Assembly: GCF_964204645.1 (NCBI RefSeq) | Contig: NC_134030.1 | Coordinates: 12,731,947-12,795,946 of the forward strand | DNA from: Tubulanus polymorphus | Taxonomy: Eukaryota > Animalia > Nemertea | DNA: 64,000 bases | Direction of reading: 5' to 3' | Shown here: one piece after another, positions 60,945-64,000 of the stretch | How the letters are laid out: each line of letters begins with the position of its first letter | How positions within the stretch are numbered: the stretch's first letter is position 1 | Notes under the pieces: generated by a model | Database searches by the model: none | Told to the model about the DNA's origin: nothing | The model's input: only the letters and a program-made list of their open reading frames with translations | Translations under genes and position numbers: made by a program

Positions 60945-61967
60945 ATGGCTTTACACCAGGCGAAAGCATTTAAATACGATAATTCGATGGCTCAGGATTT
61001 CGAAAATTTCTTACTGATCCCTAAGATTAGGGTACAGTATAACAAACTTGATACTTCACAAATCTGTGAAATTCTGGCGACTGACGATACAGCTCGGCAG
61101 TGCGTTGAAAAAGTGATCGATTTCAACGCTTATAACGTAGGAGTATTCTGTGGTTCCCCGGAGAAGTGCGAAATTCTAAAAAAACACGGGATTACATTCA
61201 GAGGAGCAACGATAAATTTCCGATCGGCACTTGAAACACCAACCATTGTCAGAATCGAGGGTATTCCGGCGATCTGCCCTCATGAAGCGGTAGATAAGAT
61301 GATCCGGCCATATGGAAACATTCTTACGGGATCCTATCACCCGACGATAGGAAAAACAACTTTCCAGAACGGGGAGAAACGCGTACTGGAGGTGGCAATT
61401 ACATCGCCAATCCCGAGAAACATTACTCTGGATTCCAAACGTTATGGTTTACTCCTTGTACGGGTCTACTATAACGGACAGCCCGAACATTGCGCTATAT
61501 GCGGACAATTTAACCATACCTGGGTTGAGTGCAATGTTACATGTACCCACCCAACCCATACACCAGATCGATGCCGTCAACTCCACTTTCGGCAGGCTGT
61601 TTCTTTACAATCGATGAAAAGAAGAAACCCAACACCAGCGGAGGCAACGGAGGAGAAGGATGAAGCGACGACAGAAGTGGATGTTGTCACTGAGGAGTCG
61701 AGGAAGAGGCCACCCTCCCCAACTGAACTGGTACAAACTCCGAAAAAATCACAAAAATCAAAGCCGCCCTCGGAAGGAGAAAGCTCACCAATACTCGACG
61801 TACAGAAGCCAACAAAAAACGAACACGAAGAAAGTGACACGGACGATACGTGCGAAGTTGCTGCAAAAACAACAAAACCAAGCACTGCGCCACCAGCACC
61901 AGTCCGAATGCAGAAAAGGAATCAAACAAAGAATGGAACTAAATCAAAGACCAAAAAAACTACTTAA
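60945..61967 (+). CDS. Tx1/L1-clade LINE ORF1 (RRM-like domain and CCHC knuckle)
   Basis: VRIEGIP, NGEKRV, YNGQPEHCAICGQFNHTWVEC, low-complexity tail. Confidence 0.85.
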   Translation: MALHQAKAFKYDNSMAQDFENFLLIPKIRVQYNKLDTSQICEILATDDTARQCVEKVIDFNAYNVGVFCGSPEKCEILKKHGITFRGATINFRSALETPTIVRIEGIPAICPHEAVDKMIRPYGNILTGSYHPTIGKTTFQNGEKRVLEVAITSPIPRNITLDSKRYGLLLVRVYYNGQPEHCAICGQFNHTWVECNVTCTHPTHTPDRCRQLHFRQAVSLQSMKRRNPTPAEATEEKDEATTEVDVVTEESRKRPPSPTELVQTPKKSQKSKPPSEGESSPILDVQKPTKNEHEESDTDDTCEVAAKTTKPSTAPPAPVRMQKRNQTKNGTKSKTKKTT

Positions 61968-62003
61968 GGTGAGGTATTCATAACGTTTTACTAATGTAGG
62001 CAA

Positions 62004-64000
62004 ATGAGACATAAAATGGCGGACGTGTTAGAACGTATTAGATTACTATCACTAAATTGCAACGGCTTAGTTTACTCGAATGCTCGAATTTTTGGCATTT
62101 TTGAAAGACTTAAAAACTATGATATCATTTTACTTCAAGAAACTCACATATCGAATGACTATGAAGTACAAAAAATATTTAAGCCCTTGAGGAAAGATTT
62201 TGAAATTATATCTAATATTATAAACGAAATAAAATGTGGGGTAACCATTGGTATTCGAAAATCTTTAGACTATACAATTTTAAATAAGACTGTAGATAGA
62301 CAAGGGAGATTGATATCCTTGAAAATATCCCTATTCAGCCAAATTTACAATATCGTTAACATATATGCCCCAAATAAGGAACGTGATAGGAAAATCTTCA
62401 TAAGCTATATCAGTAATTATCTTAATATAAACCCTAATGAGCATACAATAATAGCCGGAGACTTTAATTGTATAGAAAGTCCCATAGATCGTGATTCAAC
62501 ATCCGTCAAATCATCAATACGTAGTGGTTCAGAACAATTAGCTAATTTATGTCAACAAAACAGATTAACAGACGCTTACAGACTTAAAAACCCAGACACA
62601 CCAGCTTTCTCTCGAGTAGCAAAACGCAATAACAACGTCATTAAAACAAGAATAGATCGATTCTATGTATCAGACACTTTACAGCCAGACATAGAACAGG
62701 TGAAACATATCAACTCTATTCATTCCGATCACAAGATAGTCGAATTGACAATTAACACTTCTCAAGTCAAACGTGGCAAGGGATACTGGCATCTCAACAA
62801 AGAACTACTTAAAAACCCTAATTACATCACTATGATAACAGAATTTTGGAATCAATGGCAAAATCACAAACAGTTTTATGAATCGATTATTGAATGGTGG
62901 GAAGAGGGCAAAATTCAAATAAAACAAAGATCTATAAAATTTGCATTAGAACTCCGCAGAATTAAAAACAATCTTAAGAAATCATTAGAATCTGAATTAT
63001 TCATTCTCGAAAAACTTTCTGATTTAGGAGTAAACACTAACCAAAATCAAATTGAATATCTTACCAAGCGTATTCGTGACTTCGACATTGAAAAAGCAAA
63101 AAGTGCAATGATAAGATCTAAAATTGAGTGGAGAGAATTTCGGGAGAAAACAAGTACCTTCTTCGCAAATTATGAAAAACAACGCGCTAAAAAGAATCAC
63201 ATCAGGACTCTCAAAAATAATCTGGGTGAAATTAAAACTGGTCAAAAAGACATTGAAAAAATTCAAATAAAATTTTATAAAGACTTATATAGAAAAGAAG
63301 AAACGGATTTAGGAACCCAAAATCTATTCCTGAGTAATCTACCTAAAATTTCTAATCAAAAGAAACTCTAGCATGACTCCGTAATAGATATCGATGAATT
63401 AACAAATTCAGTCAAATCTTTCCAAAATAATAAATCCCCTGGTATAGACGGACTACCTATTGAATTTTATAGAATATTTTGGCATACTCTCCAAAATGAC
63501 TTTCTACAATTAGTACATGCGTGTATACAAGAAAATAGACTTTCTAAATCAATGCAAACTGGTATTATTTCATTAATTCATAAGAAAAATGACAAAACAG
63601 ACTTGAAAAATTGGAGACCAATCTCATTACTATGTACAGATTACAAAATATTCACAAAAGTTCTCGCTAACAGATTAATTAACTGTCTAACAGACATAAT
63701 ACACCCAGACCAGACATGTAGCGTAAAGGGACGTCGAATTCAAGACAATGGTCATATCATAAGAGACTTAATTGATTACGTTAATAATGATAATTTAGAA
63801 ACATTTTTAGTGACCATCGATCAAATGAAAGCTTTTGATCGTGTTGACTGGCAATATATGTTTAAAACTTTAGAATCTTTCGGTTTTGGAGGAAATCTAA
63901 TTCGGTACATCAAGACTTGCTATTCAAATCCAAAATCCAGAATTAAAAGTAACGGCTTCTTAACTAAACCCTTCACCTTAGAAAGAGGCGTAAGACAGGG
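62004..64000 (+). pseudogene. Tx1/L1-clade LINE ORF2 (APE endonuclease and RT), one in-frame TAG at 63369-63371, runs off the window
   Basis: SLNCNGL, LQETH, NIYAPN, GDFN, RIDRFY, SDH; after the stop NKSPGIDG, NWRPISLL, KAFDRV, RGVRQG in the same frame. Confidence 0.9.

Noticed and set aside
54685-64000. Far terminus of Polinton 2 with a GGGAAC TSD
   Set aside because: No CCCTATTACT-GGGAAC junction was seen in the window

Overview
Eukaryotic (invertebrate-like) genomic DNA dominated by nested mobile elements. The main feature is a complete 19,384-bp AT-rich Polinton/Maverick endogenous virus at 1339-20722, with AG...CT ends, 439-bp TIRs and a 6-bp GTGGTG TSD. It is inserted into the C-G-D-F-N endonuclease motif of an otherwise intact CR1-type LINE ORF2. 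It encodes pPolB (disrupted), RVE integrase, packaging ATPase, major and minor capsid proteins, an NCLDV-style HNH nuclease and many small membrane proteins, but no recognisable adenain protease. Two features stand out. First, each terminus is itself a 268-bp imperfect palindrome, and a second, diverged and decayed relative (46379-~54684) shares the loop and the mismatch bubbles while its stem arms co-vary. Second, 14 of 16 genes start at TAAATG, preceded by a T-tract (virion genes) or an A-tract (replication-type genes), which is the architecture of poxvirus late and intermediate promoters and suggests a virophage-like dependence on a large cytoplasmic DNA virus. The second copy has lost pPolB by a clean promoter-to-promoter deletion. 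The window also holds a 5-exon host CDV3 homolog (27146-42167), Helentron-type non-autonomous elements, hAT and piggyBac MITEs, micro- and minisatellites, Ulp1-like and HECT pseudogene remnants, and a Tx1/L1 LINE running off the right edge. All family calls come from recognising motifs by eye; no database search was run.
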